A DNA stretch of 64,000 nt from contig JAAOMT010000563.1 in the NCBI GenBank assembly GCA_016748015.1, forward strand, positions 62,001 to 126,000. Reading direction: 5' to 3'. A program made the translations under genes and the position numbers. Within the stretch, counting starts at the first letter, position 1. Every line of letters starts with the position of its first letter. Origin of the DNA: Geosiphon pyriformis uo1. Taxonomy: Eukaryota > Fungi > Glomeromycota. Under the pieces are notes generated by a model that did no database searches, had not been told where the DNA came from, and worked only from the letters and a program-made list of their open reading frames with translations. Below, piece by piece: positions 29,671 through 42,800 of this stretch.

Positions 29671-30550
29671 TGTTACAGGTGATTATTTCTGTTGTCAAAT
29701 TAAATAACAAATCTGTAACTTGGTGCTCAAAAGCTATTTCTGTGGATGAGGTTCTGTAAGTGTTGTATCTGAAGGTTTTGATGGAGTCCTTTGTATAATG
29801 AATAGAGATTCAATAGTGTCGATAGTAGATGTATCTTTCTAAGAGTTTTCCCAATTTCTTTCTTAGTGTGGTGGCCAGATTTAGCCTGGCAGTTGTGCCC
29901 TTCTGGTAAGCTATCCAATAATATATAAAATCCTACCCTTATTTCTGGGTCTTTTACCAGGCTATTCTTGACGTCAATAACTCAGTGCTTAATCTTTTAA
30001 TCAATTAGTATACAACAACAAAATCAAAAAAGAAAGAAAATAAAATAAAGAAAATAAAAATAAAGAAAATAGAGAAAATAAGCCAAAGCAATTTGGTACG
30101 CTAGTATCTTATCAATAGCCATGATCAAGAGCTATTGTTCCAGTGTAGTTAAGTATCAATTACTATCAACATAAAGTATTAATAGTAGAGAATGGGTTGA
30201 GATATAGAATAATTATTTATTTGATGATTGGGAACTGGAATGTTTCTTAGATTAAATCTAAACTGGGAGGTCTGTCTTTTCAGCTTCTAATCCTGCTGCT
30301 ATATATACATAATTGAAATTCCTCAATTCCTCAATTCTTTATGACAGAAATCCTAGAATTCCTGGAATCTTGTGATTCCTTTGAGAGGAATTCTGCAATT
30401 CTGGAATCCTGCAATTCCTTATTGGGAAATCTTGAAATTCCTGGAATCCTGCAATTCCTGAGAAGAATCCTGGAATTTCACATTTACTATGCCTACTTCT
30501 AATTAGCTACTATTTATGCTAATATATTTTCTATATTTCTATGAGTAACA
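29671..30550 (-). repeat. 3' LTR
   Basis: TGTTACAGGTGATT...TATGAGTAACA, homologous to 38942-39832. An adjacent polypurine tract lies at 30551-30566 (AAAAGAAGAAAATAA on the - strand). Confidence 0.92.
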
Positions 30551-33500
30551 TTATTTTCTTCTTTTAATATTGAGCTCTGTCAAAATCCAACTCATTTAAT
30601 TCCCCCTCTTAAAGTATTTTCTGGATTTCATTTTCAAGAATTACTTGTGTTATTTGGGTCTGTAATTTTTCAAATTGAGCATTGGTGATCTTTCCCAATT
30701 GATTACTGGTAATCATATCTATTGCTTTGTTAAGTAATATTTCTGGTCTATCCTGAAATGCTGTGTGTATTTGGTAGATGGCTCGGGTCTATGTGGATAA
30801 GTTGTTTTTTCTTACAAAATGTTCTAATTGTTGTAGTATTCTTTTGTCGAATAATCGCTTTGTTTTATCCATATATAGATTTTGGATATTTATGTATTGT
30901 CTCAAGTAAAAATAACAATAGTTTCTTGGAAATTGTTGTATCTACCAATTCCAAGTTTTTTTAGTCAACTCTTAATATAGTGCCTCTTTTGTCAACTCTC
31001 TTATTGCTAATTTTACTTTTGCAATGATTTTGTCCACCATATTTTCAGTTTTCTTCTGTGTTCTGGGTTGCAATGTCTTTCTAGTATCTTGATATCGAAT
31101 AGTTTGTTGATTGATTGTAATCTCCATTTTCTGGTGTTGGATCAACTGAAAGAGTTGTTGTGCTAGTGAGTGAATGTTGTCTGTAATTTCCATTTTTCTG
31201 ATATTTTCTGTTACATCTACCATGTCTTTATATATTCTTTTGCTGAATCAATTTAATGTCTTGTTGTCGATAATAACAATTGGTTCCAGATTTCATGGAA
31301 TTTCATCTGGTTGAACTAGTATTCTCTGTACTCCTAATTGTAGAATATTATTGGTAGATGGTAGTGTAATGTTGTGGTATGGTTTCAGTCGATCTCCATG
31401 TGCTGCTTTGGTTAAAATTTTGTTATCCAGTCTTAATTTGTAAGCTCTATTTTCTAGAATTTCTTCTATGTGAAATGGTCCATTCCATTTGGGGTCAAAT
31501 TTTCCACTCCATTGTTTTTCTGCTTTGGTATGATGTAGTAATACTTTGTTTCCAATCTTGAATTCAACTGGTTTGTCTGATAGTTGACTATTATGTCTTT
31601 CTTTCTGTTTTTCTTGTGACTTTTGAATATTATCAGCTGCTCTTTTTTGTTTGTTTTCTAATGTTTCCATTAAGTCATATGTTCTTCTCAGCAATGTTTC
31701 TTGAAAATTCTCTTCTGTTATTGGTTCAGCTGGATATGTATTAATTTCTCTCTCTACTGGTAATGTTGCTGTTCTATCATATACTAATTCAAATGGTGTT
31801 GCTTGTGTAGTATCTTGCTTCATTGTCTGATAAGCAAATAATACTGATGGTATGAACAAATCTCATTCGTTCTGGTTTTCTTGGCTGAGCTTGGCAATTG
31901 CTTTACACAATGTTTTGTTGAATCTTTTGACTAATCCATTGGTTTGTGGATGGTATGGTGATAATAATGGTTTCTTAATTCCAAATCTTTGGCTTAATTC
32001 TGTTAATGTTCTGTTCACAAAATGAGTTCTTTGGTCTGATAATAATTCTTTTGGACATCCATGTCAACAGATCAAATTCTGATAAATGAATTCAACAACG
32101 GATTCTGTATCCGCTTTTTGAATTGCTTTTGCCTCTGGCCATTTAGTGAGATAGTCCATGGCTACTGCTATGTACCTGTTTTTTCCACTGGTGATTGTTA
32201 ATGGTCTGACTAGATCAATTCTAACACAGTCAAATAGTTGTTCTACTTTGATTGGTCTTAATGATTTACTGGGTTTTGTACCTCCTCTCCACTAACAAGC
32301 ATTACAATTTTGAACATATTGAATGATGTCTGGATACATTAATAGCCAATAGTATCTTTTTTTGGTTTTTTTCATGATTGCTTCTTTGTGAAAATGTCCT
32401 GCTGTTGGATTTGAGTGCATATTGAATAATATGGTCTCTTTTTCTGGTTCTATAACTACTCTGGTTGGTTGATCTGGATTTTTTCTATTTTTCTGATAAA
32501 GTATATTTTGGTGAGTGATAAAATATTTTGATTGTTGTTTGATACTCTTTCGTTCTGTTTGAGATAAATTCTCCTTGAACTGTTGAGTGTTTATATAATG
32601 TTGCAGTTGTTAATATTTTTGTATGTTCATCTTTTGTTACATTTTTCATTGGTATTGTTCTGGTTTTGTTATATTTTTGTGTTAAAATGTTCTTAGATTT
32701 GTCTCATTCGTGACAAACTGTCAGCATTTCCATTGTTTTTTCCTTTTTTGTAATGTATAGTATAATTGTATGGTACGAGTGCCATTTTCCATCTTGACTG
32801 TCTTCCATCTCCAAATTTTTGTTTTTGGAGTGATGTTAATCTCTTGTGATCTGTGTATACTTCAAACTTCTGGTTCAAGTATTCTCTCTATTTCATAACT
32901 GTCCAGTATATTGCTAAGTGTTCTTGTTCCAGTGTTCCATAGTTCTTTTCAGTTGGCATTAAACCTCTGTTGGCATATGCTATTGGATGTTCTCTGCTGT
33001 CTGGTCCTCTCTGAGATAATATTGCTCTCAATGCTTGGCCAGATGCATTGGTGGTAATGATAAATAGTTTGCTGTGATCTGGATAAATCAGTACTGGAGC
33101 TTGAATGAGCTTTCTTTTCAAAATGTCAAAAGCTTCTTGTTGACTTTCTGCCTATTCATATTTGGTATTCTTGGTTTGCAGTTGGTTGAATGGCTGTGCT
33201 ATTTTGGAAAAGTTCTTGATAAAATATCAATAGTAGCTGGCAAATTCCAAGAATGATTTCAGTTCTGTCATATTAGTCAGCACTAGAAAGTTCTTTACTA
33301 TCTCTATTTTCTCTGGATCTGTTTTGATGTCGTCTTTGTTGACTATGTGTCCCAAAAATTTTAGCTCTGTCTTGCCAAAAAAACACTTTGTTGCATTTAA
33401 CTTTAGCTCTGTTCTTCTTAGTCTTTCGAACACTTGTTGAAGATGATGAAGATAATCATCAAATGTTTTTGAGAATATGTTGGTGTTGTCCAAGTATACA

Positions 33501-36500
33501 ACTACTGATTTCCACAATAAGCCAGTATAGACAATTTCCATTAGCCATTGAAAAGTGGCTGGTGCATTGGTTAAACCGAATGGCATTACTTCAAATTCAA
33601 AATTCTCTTCTCTCATGGTGAATGCCGTTTTCTTTTTGTTGGCTGGATCTATGGCTACTTGCCAGTAACCACTATCTAAGTCTAACATTGAGAACCATTT
33701 GTTTCTGCCAAAAGCATCAAATAATTCCTGTATCTGTGGAGTTGGATAGCTGTCTCTACAAGTTACACCATTGAGTTTTCTGTAGTTCACACAAAATCAG
33801 ATCTTTCCATTCTTCTTATGGACGAGTACCACTGGTAATAACCATAGGCTTATTAATGGCTAAATTAGCCCATTGTCAAGCATTCAGTTTATTTCTTGAC
33901 GAATAATTTCGTGGCTGACTGGTGGCACTCTGTATGCTCTTTGTTTAATTGGCATTACATCTCCAGTCTTGATCTAATGCTGGATGATGTCAGTTTGGCC
34001 AAACTTATTTTCGCTGGCAAAGATGTCATTGAACTGGTTAAGCAACATCTTGAGTTGTATACATTAAAGTGGATCTAAGTTTCCCATGTTTATTTGTTTT
34101 AATTGTTTTGGTTGGAGCAAAAATACATTCACTTCGTTCATATATTGTTTATGATGTGATATTGACATATTCACAAAGTTGTGGAAAGTCTGGAATGGGG
34201 TTTGGTGGTTGATCCTTCATTTTAGTGTTTAAGTATCCAATAATAGTTCCGGCTGGTATTTCTATGACATTTTCTGTATTGTTGTAGATGGGAATTTTGA
34301 TGTGGCTGTAATTTTTGGCTGGTATGTGGAGATTGATGAGTCCAACTTCTCCTAATTCACAAAAACTGGCTTCTGCTTCAAAAATTTGTGCTTGGTCTTT
34401 TTCTTTCTTTTCTATTGCTAGCATGTACTGGTTATATGATGAAATAGAAATAGCTTGACCGGTTGAGATAATTTTTTCTTGGCCAACAATTTTTTCCTCC
34501 ACCATATTAACTGGTACATCTATTCTACTCATTGATCCGAATTCTTGTATTCCTCTTGCTGTTATTCTTAATTCCTCCTTCTTTCCCACTAATACTAACT
34601 TAGCTACTCTAACCAGAGGCAGGAATATTGCCTGTGCTATTTTTTCATTGGGCTCTATTATATAGGCTTTTTCTGAGTCATTTTGTAGCATAGCGATGAT
34701 ATTTTCTACATATTCCACGTCAATTATTCCTCCTCTTATATTAATCCCTTTTTTCACTAAACTACTCCTAGATGCTAATTAAACCATTATTGTTGCTGAA
34801 ATTTCTAGTGCTACTTTCAGATCAATGCAGGTGCGTGAATGTGGTTCCAATTTGATGGTCTCTTTTTCTGAATACCTCAGATCAAACTCTACATCAGTAT
34901 TATGCGCACATTCTGGCATAATACCTTCTTCATTGTCACTATATCATTTTAACTCTTGTTCCTTGGAGAGATCTGGTAGTGCAATGTATTGTTCATAGTT
35001 TAAATTGGAGTTTGAATCTGAGTCTGAATCATCTTTGTTGTCATTGTTATTTTGAACAGAGCTGGAACCAGTGTTTTTGTTGTCATCATCGGAGTCTGGA
35101 TCATGATTGATCAGTGATTCTGATTCCAATGCACAGCTGCTGATTGGTTCTTTTTCTTCAGGGATTGTATAGATTATGTGTGGTGGTGGATTGTAAATAA
35201 AGTCACAATTGTCACAATATTCAAAGTCACTAGGAATTAAATAATGGCAACACAGTCTTGTATTTAACTATGCTAACCATTGTTCTTGCTCTTCTCTAGT
35301 GGGTGCCAAGTTTTGGTAGTGTTCATGGAACTCTTCTGGTTCCAAAAAATTTATGACTGGCTCTGCATCCCAGTCAAGCTCAATGGGTTCTGGTGGGTTG
35401 TTTTTAATTGTTCTGATTTCTTTTGGTGATGTGTCTTCAATTTTGGTGATTGCCATCTGCCATAATTCATCATTGTCGTGTGGACAACTGTCCAATTGCT
35501 GTACAGCTCTTCTCCAGGTGGCTTCTATGGGTGTTTCTTTCTCAACCCAGTCGCTAATGAGGATCATGTATTAGCAGGACACATCGCACATTCCTCCTCT
35601 CCCCGGAATGTCATTCCACATTCCTTCATCGAGAAGAGTTTCTCCACAGGCTATACATGGTGTATTATTCTATTTTCCCACTCATTTTGGTTTTCCAAAA
35701 CATTTGACATGGCATGCGTGACAATAGAACTTGGTTGCCGTCTGATATTTTTCATCGTCACCACAGCATGTGCCCATTGATGACAATTTCTTGTCACAAT
35801 TAATGCATATCAGTTTGGGTCGGCGATAGGTTAATGATTGTTATTGACCATAGGTGTATGGGATATAAGTGTTGTTGGCTTGAGTGTTTTCTTTTTCCCT
35901 CTCTTTCTCTTTGTCCTTTTCTTTTTTCTACTCCCAACTCAATGGTTCTTCCTGTTTGTTGTCAGTCTAGGTCAAATCGTCTGTTTCCCAAGTCAGTTCT
36001 TCTTTTTGCTTTCTCTTAGGGTTGTCGTTCTATGAAAGTATCAATAGTAGTTTGTTGTGGTCGGTATCAGCCCAGAAGACTTGGTAAGCTTCCCAGGTAG
36101 GTTTTTTTTTCTCCTTCTCCAGTTCGATCAATAGTTTCTCTCTTGGAGGAGTCTTGAAATGGCCACATATGGCCGGTATACATATATGTCAGCCCTAATA
36201 TGTTAGCTGGAGTTTTTGGGTGTTCCAGTCTAATGTTACATTAACTTTGGATAGCCAGTCATTACCAATGAGAGCTTGGTATTGAGTGGCTTCCATCACT
36301 AGAACTTTAATAGGAGTTATGATGTCATTGACTTTGAAAGGGAAGTCGTTGATTTCGCCAATTGGAGTTTTGGTTGCTCCATCAGCTGTGATGATTCTGG
36401 TGCTGGCAGCTCAATCAACTTGGCAACCTAATTGATCCATGAGTTGTCGTGTGATGATGCTGCCTGCTAAACCACTGTCAAGGATCAATTTGATGGATTG

Positions 36501-38921
36501 TCCCTCGACTTTGATGTCAGTATACATCGCAGTGATTGGTTTGGCTTCAAGAGTGACTCCACTAAATAGTGGCATTGCAGTTGTTTCCTTGAATTTGAAT
36601 GAGAATATAGCAGCCAAAGACTCGTCTTTGGTGATGGTAGCAGGTAAGATATTACTGGTGAGTGGTTGTTTTTGGGCGAATGCCAGGTTATTGGTTGAGA
36701 CATCTTCTGGGGTAACCAGAAGACTTAAATAGTTCTGGGGTTGACTGGCACCCAAATTCCACTGGCGTAATCCAGATAGTTGCTGTGAAAAACTGGGGAT
36801 CAGTTGATAGACTACCATCACCGATCTCCAGCTCTGTTGAGTTATTCTCAGTCTTTGGGTTCTGTTGAGTAGTAAGCTTTGGGGTGGTGTTTGAATTTGT
36901 TTAGATTGATAGATTATTTGTGGCTGTGGTTGTTAATAAATTACTTGTGGTTGTGGTTGATAGATTGGAGCTTAATACACTGAAGATTGATAGACTGATG
37001 ACTGTATTACTGGTAGGTAAGTGGATTAGTTTTGATTTGGATATTGATTCAGAGTTTGAAACCAGCAATCAGGGTTTCGATATTGATTTTCTGATTATTG
37101 GTTATTTAAACACTGGTGACAGTCAATTTGGATATGTTTTTGTTTACCACAATAGTGGCAGATATGCATTTTCTGTTGCCACTGTTGATTGGTTGATGAA
37201 GATGGATGTGGTTGATTTTGGACACAATTAGAGTTTCCTTAATTATTGCATTGTTGTGGAGGCTGATAAATGGTGTGATTGTTAGCTAAGTATCTTTTCA
37301 ATCTCTTATTAATTGATTCACTGAACTTTTCCAATTTGGAATCCAATTCAGATGATCTGTTCATTACTAGATTAATGGCTTGGGCATGGTTAGTCTCTGA
37401 CTCAGCAGATTCAAAATCTCTGGCACGTGTGACTGTGTCTTGAAGGGTGCCTGGATGCAATGGATGTACATGTTGCAAGATACTGCTGTGCAGGCCACAA
37501 ATAAACTGGTTGAGGATCTGTGGGACTGTGAAATAGTTGGTGTCAATTGCTTGAATTTGGTGCAGATTTTGATGGAAGCGTCCCAGGTAAGTAGTGACCA
37601 CTTCAGTTTCTCCTTGTTTCATGGTGGTGAATGTATTGACTAGGCGATTGATGCTGTTATTGTTGCTGAAGTATCTTAGGAATTCCACTTTGAAGGCATT
37701 GAAATCTTGTGGTTTATTAACCAAGCTCTGATACCATGAATTGGTGGTATCCTTGAGAAAGTAGAGAATGGTTTGCATTGCTCGGGTGTCATTCCATCCA
37801 TTGGCTGCAATGGCTTTTTCTATATCATTCAGCTATACTTGAGTGTCATTCTCTTCGCCAGTAAAGTTGTCAAGTTTTGCAATTGGTGTATAGGCCATTG
37901 AATCTAAGTTAGATGGTTGTGGTGGCTGTTGAAGCAGTTGTTGTTGTACTGGTTGTTGGGGTGGTAGTTAAAGTGACTGTTGTATAGGTTTGGCTATGAG
38001 ATTAATCGGCAGTTGATCAATAACAATTACTGGAGATAAGTTTTGCTGATTAATTAATTTGGAATTTGGATTGTTTTGCCTTTGATGATTCAGAGTTTTG
38101 ATTTCCGAATTTTCTAGATTTAGATTTTGCTGAGTTTGAAAATTTGGGGTTTCAACTTCTAGGTTTTCAGTAATTGGATGCTGGGAAGTGAATTCTTGAT
38201 CCTCTGATTCTTTTTCCTCTTTTTCTGAGTCTGCTGCTTCCCATGGATCAGAGATTCTGAAATCTGGTGGAGACAATGGTGATCAAAGTCTTGATGGAGT
38301 TGATAATTGTAAATTAAATTCCTTAAAGTATTTGCCGTATGGTCCTAATAATTCTGTTTTCCATTGTCTACTTTGGAATGGGAATCGTCCAAATGCTAAT
38401 GTTGCAGTTGATGGGAATACATCTGTTGATAATATGTTGATGGCGCTTCCAGGTGTATAGTGGTAGGATGGGTTGCTTGGGGATTTAATTCTATTTTTCT
38501 TCCAAGTAGGTGGCTGTATTTTTCTGGGTGTTACTGTTAGTGTTTATAGTTTTTCCTTGCCTTTACTAGTGTATGTAATTAGATATTTTTGTTGAGTATG
38601 GTGTTCAATTTCTTTGTTGATCTTAGTAATGATGGATGTAAAATTATGATTTGTTGGCAAGTTGGTGTTTTGAATTAACTCCCTATAGAAAGTTTCTCTT
38701 GCTGATTCAGTATTCACTGGTGTTCCTAATAAAAAGGAAATTTTTTCGTTGATGTAAAAATTGAAGGCTGATTCGGCAGATATATAATTGTGATTTAATC
38801 CCAAATATTGACAATAGTATTGAAATAAGAATTTTGTGAATCCTAAATGGTTTGCTCCTATATTTTCTGATTCTGCCACTTTTGGATGGTGTTTGTTGGT
38901 GCTGGTTCTCTGTAGAATTAT

Positions 38922-38939
38922 ACCTCACAGGAAGCACCA
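38922..38939 (-). other. Primer-binding site of the Gypsy element
   Basis: TGGTGCTTCCTGTGAGG starts 2 nt after the 5' LTR on the - strand. It is complementary to a tRNA 3' end ...CCUCACAGGAAGCACCA. Confidence 0.75.
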
Positions 38940-38941
38940 AA

Positions 38942-39832
38942 TGTTACAGGTGATTATTTCTGCTGTTGAATTAAATAACAAACCCATAACTTGGTGCTCA
39001 AAAGCTACTTCTATGGATAAGGTTCTGCAAGTGTTGTATCTGAAGGTTTTAATAGAGTCCTTTGTATAATGGACAGAAATTCAATAGTGTCGATAGTAGA
39101 TGTATCTTTCTAAGAGTTTTCTCAATTTTTTTCTTAATGTGGTGGCCAGATTTAGTCTGGCAATTGTGCCTTTCTGATAAGCTATCCGATAATATATAAA
39201 ATCCTACCCTTATTTCTGAGTCTTTTACCAGGCTATCCTTGACATCAATAACTCAGTGTTTAATCTTTTAATCAATTAGTATACAACAACAAAATCAAAA
39301 AAAAAAGAAAATAAAATAAAGAAAAATAAAAATAAAGACAATAAAGGGAATAAGCCAAGACAATTTGGTACATTAGTATCTCGTCAATAGCCATAATCAA
39401 GAGCTATTGTTCCAGCATGGTTAAGTATCAATTACTATCAACATGAAGTGTTAATAGTGGAGAGTAGGTTGAGATATAGAATAATTATTTATTTGATAAT
39501 TAAGAACTGGAATGTTGCTTAGATTAAATCTAAATTAAGAGAGCTGTTTTTTTAGCTTCTAATCTTACTGCTATATATACATAATTGAGATTTCTCAATT
39601 TTTCAATTCTTTGCAACAAGAATCCTGGGATTTTTGGAATTCTGTGATTTCTGATAAGAGAAATCCTGGAATTCTGAAATCCTGCAATTCCTCATCGGGA
39701 AATTCTGAAATTCCTGAAATCCTGCAATTTCTTTGAGAAGAATTCTGGAATTCCACATTTACTATGTTTACTTCTAATTGGCTAATATCTACTGACTAAT
39801 AATACTATATTTCCTATATTCTATGAGTAACA
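38942..39832 (-). repeat. 5' LTR
   Basis: TGTTACAGGTGATT...TATGAGTAACA, with the same internal imperfect (ATTCCTGGA/GCA)-type tandem repeats as the other LTR. Confidence 0.92.
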
Positions 39833-42800
39833 GTGTGTATTGTCAAAGCCAATGCCAACAAACAAATATGGGATTTAAGAGACAGCTATTGTGCTCTCCT
39901 ATATACTCTGCTGATGGGCACAACTGTCCACAATTTCTTGGATCTGGTCCAGTTATATGGTGGGAAAACTTGCTATATTTTTAGGAACTTGATATTTTAT
40001 GCATAAGCCTACTGTACTGTCATATGTTTTGATTCTGAAGATGTCAGAGAGGCTGCCATTTGCTCTATGCCAGTGTTTAAGAGTGTTAACCTCGTCTGAG
40101 CTGGTTTGTTTTCTCCTAAGTGTGTCACATGTGGTAATTTTGGTCATGTTTCTTTTGAATGTGACAGTAATAAGAAAAACTTTGGGCAGAATTTCAAAAA
40201 AAGATTTTTTTGTTCTGATTTGGATAAGAGGCACCTTGTGCTCATCTATGCCAAAAAGCAAGCTTTCATGTCTCATCCAATCTTTTTTGGTGGTGCAACT
40301 TGGGCTTCTGTGGTAAGCAGCTCCTCTAAAAATTTATCTTCTACACTGTTTATTGAGACCAATTTGGACATGGGATCAGTCAACAGTTCAATGCCTGTGG
40401 TTATGATTCTGCCTTTGCATATTAGTGTCCTTGAGTGTTCACTTAAGAATGTGTTTGACCAGGTGGCTGACATTTCATGTAAGCTAAACAGATTGCTGGC
40501 TGTTTCATTGGTGAGTTTTTCTGTTTCACCCACTCCCGAACACAACCCGGTGCTGGACATGACTGTTGATGCTTCATTATTTGTTTCTCTTGTGTTTGGT
40601 GTGGTTACTGTCATCTTCCAAGACATTTCTACAAGTGGTTCCCAAGTTTTAACTGTGAAAGTGAGTGGCCTGAAGGCTAACCTGATGGTTTTAGAGAATT
40701 TAATTAAAGCAATAATAAATAAGTTGAACTTTTTTGGTTCTGACAGTAATGTGATAACCCATTCCCTTCCCCAATGAGTAGTTTGGCTTAGAAAATTACT
40801 ACTTGTAATGTTAGAAGTATGAATGTTCCTGTTAAGCAGAATAACATTATTAGATGGCACACAGTTTCAAATAATGACATTTCAATAATTACTGAGACTA
40901 AGCTTTGCTCCTATGTCAAGTCTTGGATTGCAAATAAGTTTTCTAGTGTGAAGATGTTTACTTCGGGTCTAAATGCTGGGTTTTTAGGTGCAAGTGTCAC
41001 TTTAATCATAAATGAAAATTTAGCCAAACATGTTTCAAAAATCTTTGAGATTCTGGATAGACTTTTGATAGTCCATTTGCTATTCAAAAACAAACAATCT
41101 GTTTCTGTGTTGGGTTTATATGCAGAGGCTTTTCTGGATAAGCATATAATCTAGGCTGGTCTCATTAATTCTTTTATAGCCAAAGCTTGTAATGAGAGTA
41201 CTTTTGTTATATTAGGTGGTGATTTCAATGAAAATAGGAACAAATATAGCTCTAGCTTTAGTAAATATATGGATCTAGGTCTTGTCAATACATTAATCAA
41301 TAGTTCTTACATTAAAACTTCTACTTGGAAGAATTCCAAGAGTGTTAAAAGAACCATTAATTACATTTTTGTTTTACAAAGTTTGAGTAATGCTTTAGTA
41401 AACAGACAAGTTGTAGATGTGGATGAGTTTTTCAGCACTGATCATAGTTTTGTTTAAATTATAATTGGTTTTGGTAGAATTTTGAATCCTGTCTTAAGGG
41501 TTATTTGTGTTCAAGCCAACAAAGACAAGTGGAAATTTAATGTCAAAAATGCAGACAGGGTTAAATAGGAGTGGTATAGGATTGCATCTCATGATAATTT
41601 CACTATGTTTTCTGATGAATTTGCAGATTGTCATTGTTTATCTGATCTGGATGGCATGTGGAGCATTGTTTGCAAAGCCATTTGTTTTTTAGCAAATAAA
41701 GTTTTCTCAAAAACCTGGTCTAAAGATTTTGATAGTGGTTTTATCAAGTGTTCTTTTCACTATCATAGATTAGAACTTTTGGTTTCTAAGTTGGTAAAGG
41801 CTTCACATTCTGTGTCATCTAATGAGTTTGTCTTCTTGTTAAATGTTTGGGTGTCTTTGGATTTTGTTAATGCTTCTGCTATTAAATCTTTTTTTCTTTT
41901 GGAATCTCATTTTGATGCTATTAGATCAGCTTTGATGAAGATTAGAAAGTTTTATCATTCTTTTAAGATGATGGAATTAAAATGTGCTAAGGACTCTCAA
42001 ATCAGACTGGCAATTGACAAAAAGATGAAAAACTTTGAGTTGAATAAGGACCAAACTATTAGAAGTGTACTTGAGTGGCCATTTTGCAAAGTTATATTGG
42101 ATTACTTGGTTGTAAATAAGGACCTTATTTTGGAGCCTGGTTTGGTTAAATTTCATGTTGATAGAATTATAAAGGGCTAGACCAGAAAGCATGTGATGGT
42201 TGATGACATTTCAGATAAATGGCTTTGCCAATTTCAACTCTTAGAGTATGTCTTTGATGATGTCTTTTTGAATGTTATGCATCCAATTGAGATAAATAAA
42301 TTTCTTGGTGTGGTTTTGAATTTGCCTAATAATAAAACTGCCAGTCTTTCTGATATTACAAATAAGCTATGGAAACATTGTGACAGGTCTGTTTTAGATT
42401 TGCTTTTGGTGCTTTTAAACTTTTGTTTGATATGTGAATCTGTTCCAGGTTCTTGGAAGGAGGCCTGGGTGTCTATGATTCCTAAACCCTATGACTGAAA
42501 AAGAGTTTTTATAAATACCTGACCCATAGCACTGATTGAAACTGTTTGTAAAATTCTTTCTAAGATTCTCTTTAATAGGATCTCTGTAATGTGTAGTAAA
42601 TATGACATTCTTTATGGTGACAACTTCTCAGTTCTTAAAGATATAACAATGCAGTCTTCTATTTTTGCTATTGGTTTAGTGGTTAAGAATGTTTTGGAAA
42701 AGAATTGTGAACTTTGGCTAGTTTTGTAAGACATAAAGAAAGTGTATAATTTGGTTGGTTGGGAACATTTCAGAAGAAGTTTGGTCAGAATCAAAATGTA

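Larger units (their letters stand above)
29671..39832 (-). mobile_element. Full-length but degenerate Ty3/Gypsy LTR retrotransposon (gag-PR-dUTPase-RT-RNase H-IN)
   Basis: Two ~880-890-nt LTRs bounded by TGTTAC...GTAACA. Internal domains: gag-like (37239-37900), protease LILDSG (~36480), dUTPase (~34520-34945), RT with MPFGLTNAPATFQ and YLDN (33227-33790), RNase H (32693-33121) and integrase ending KWNGPF (31293-32500). Many stops and frameshifts. Confidence 0.93.
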
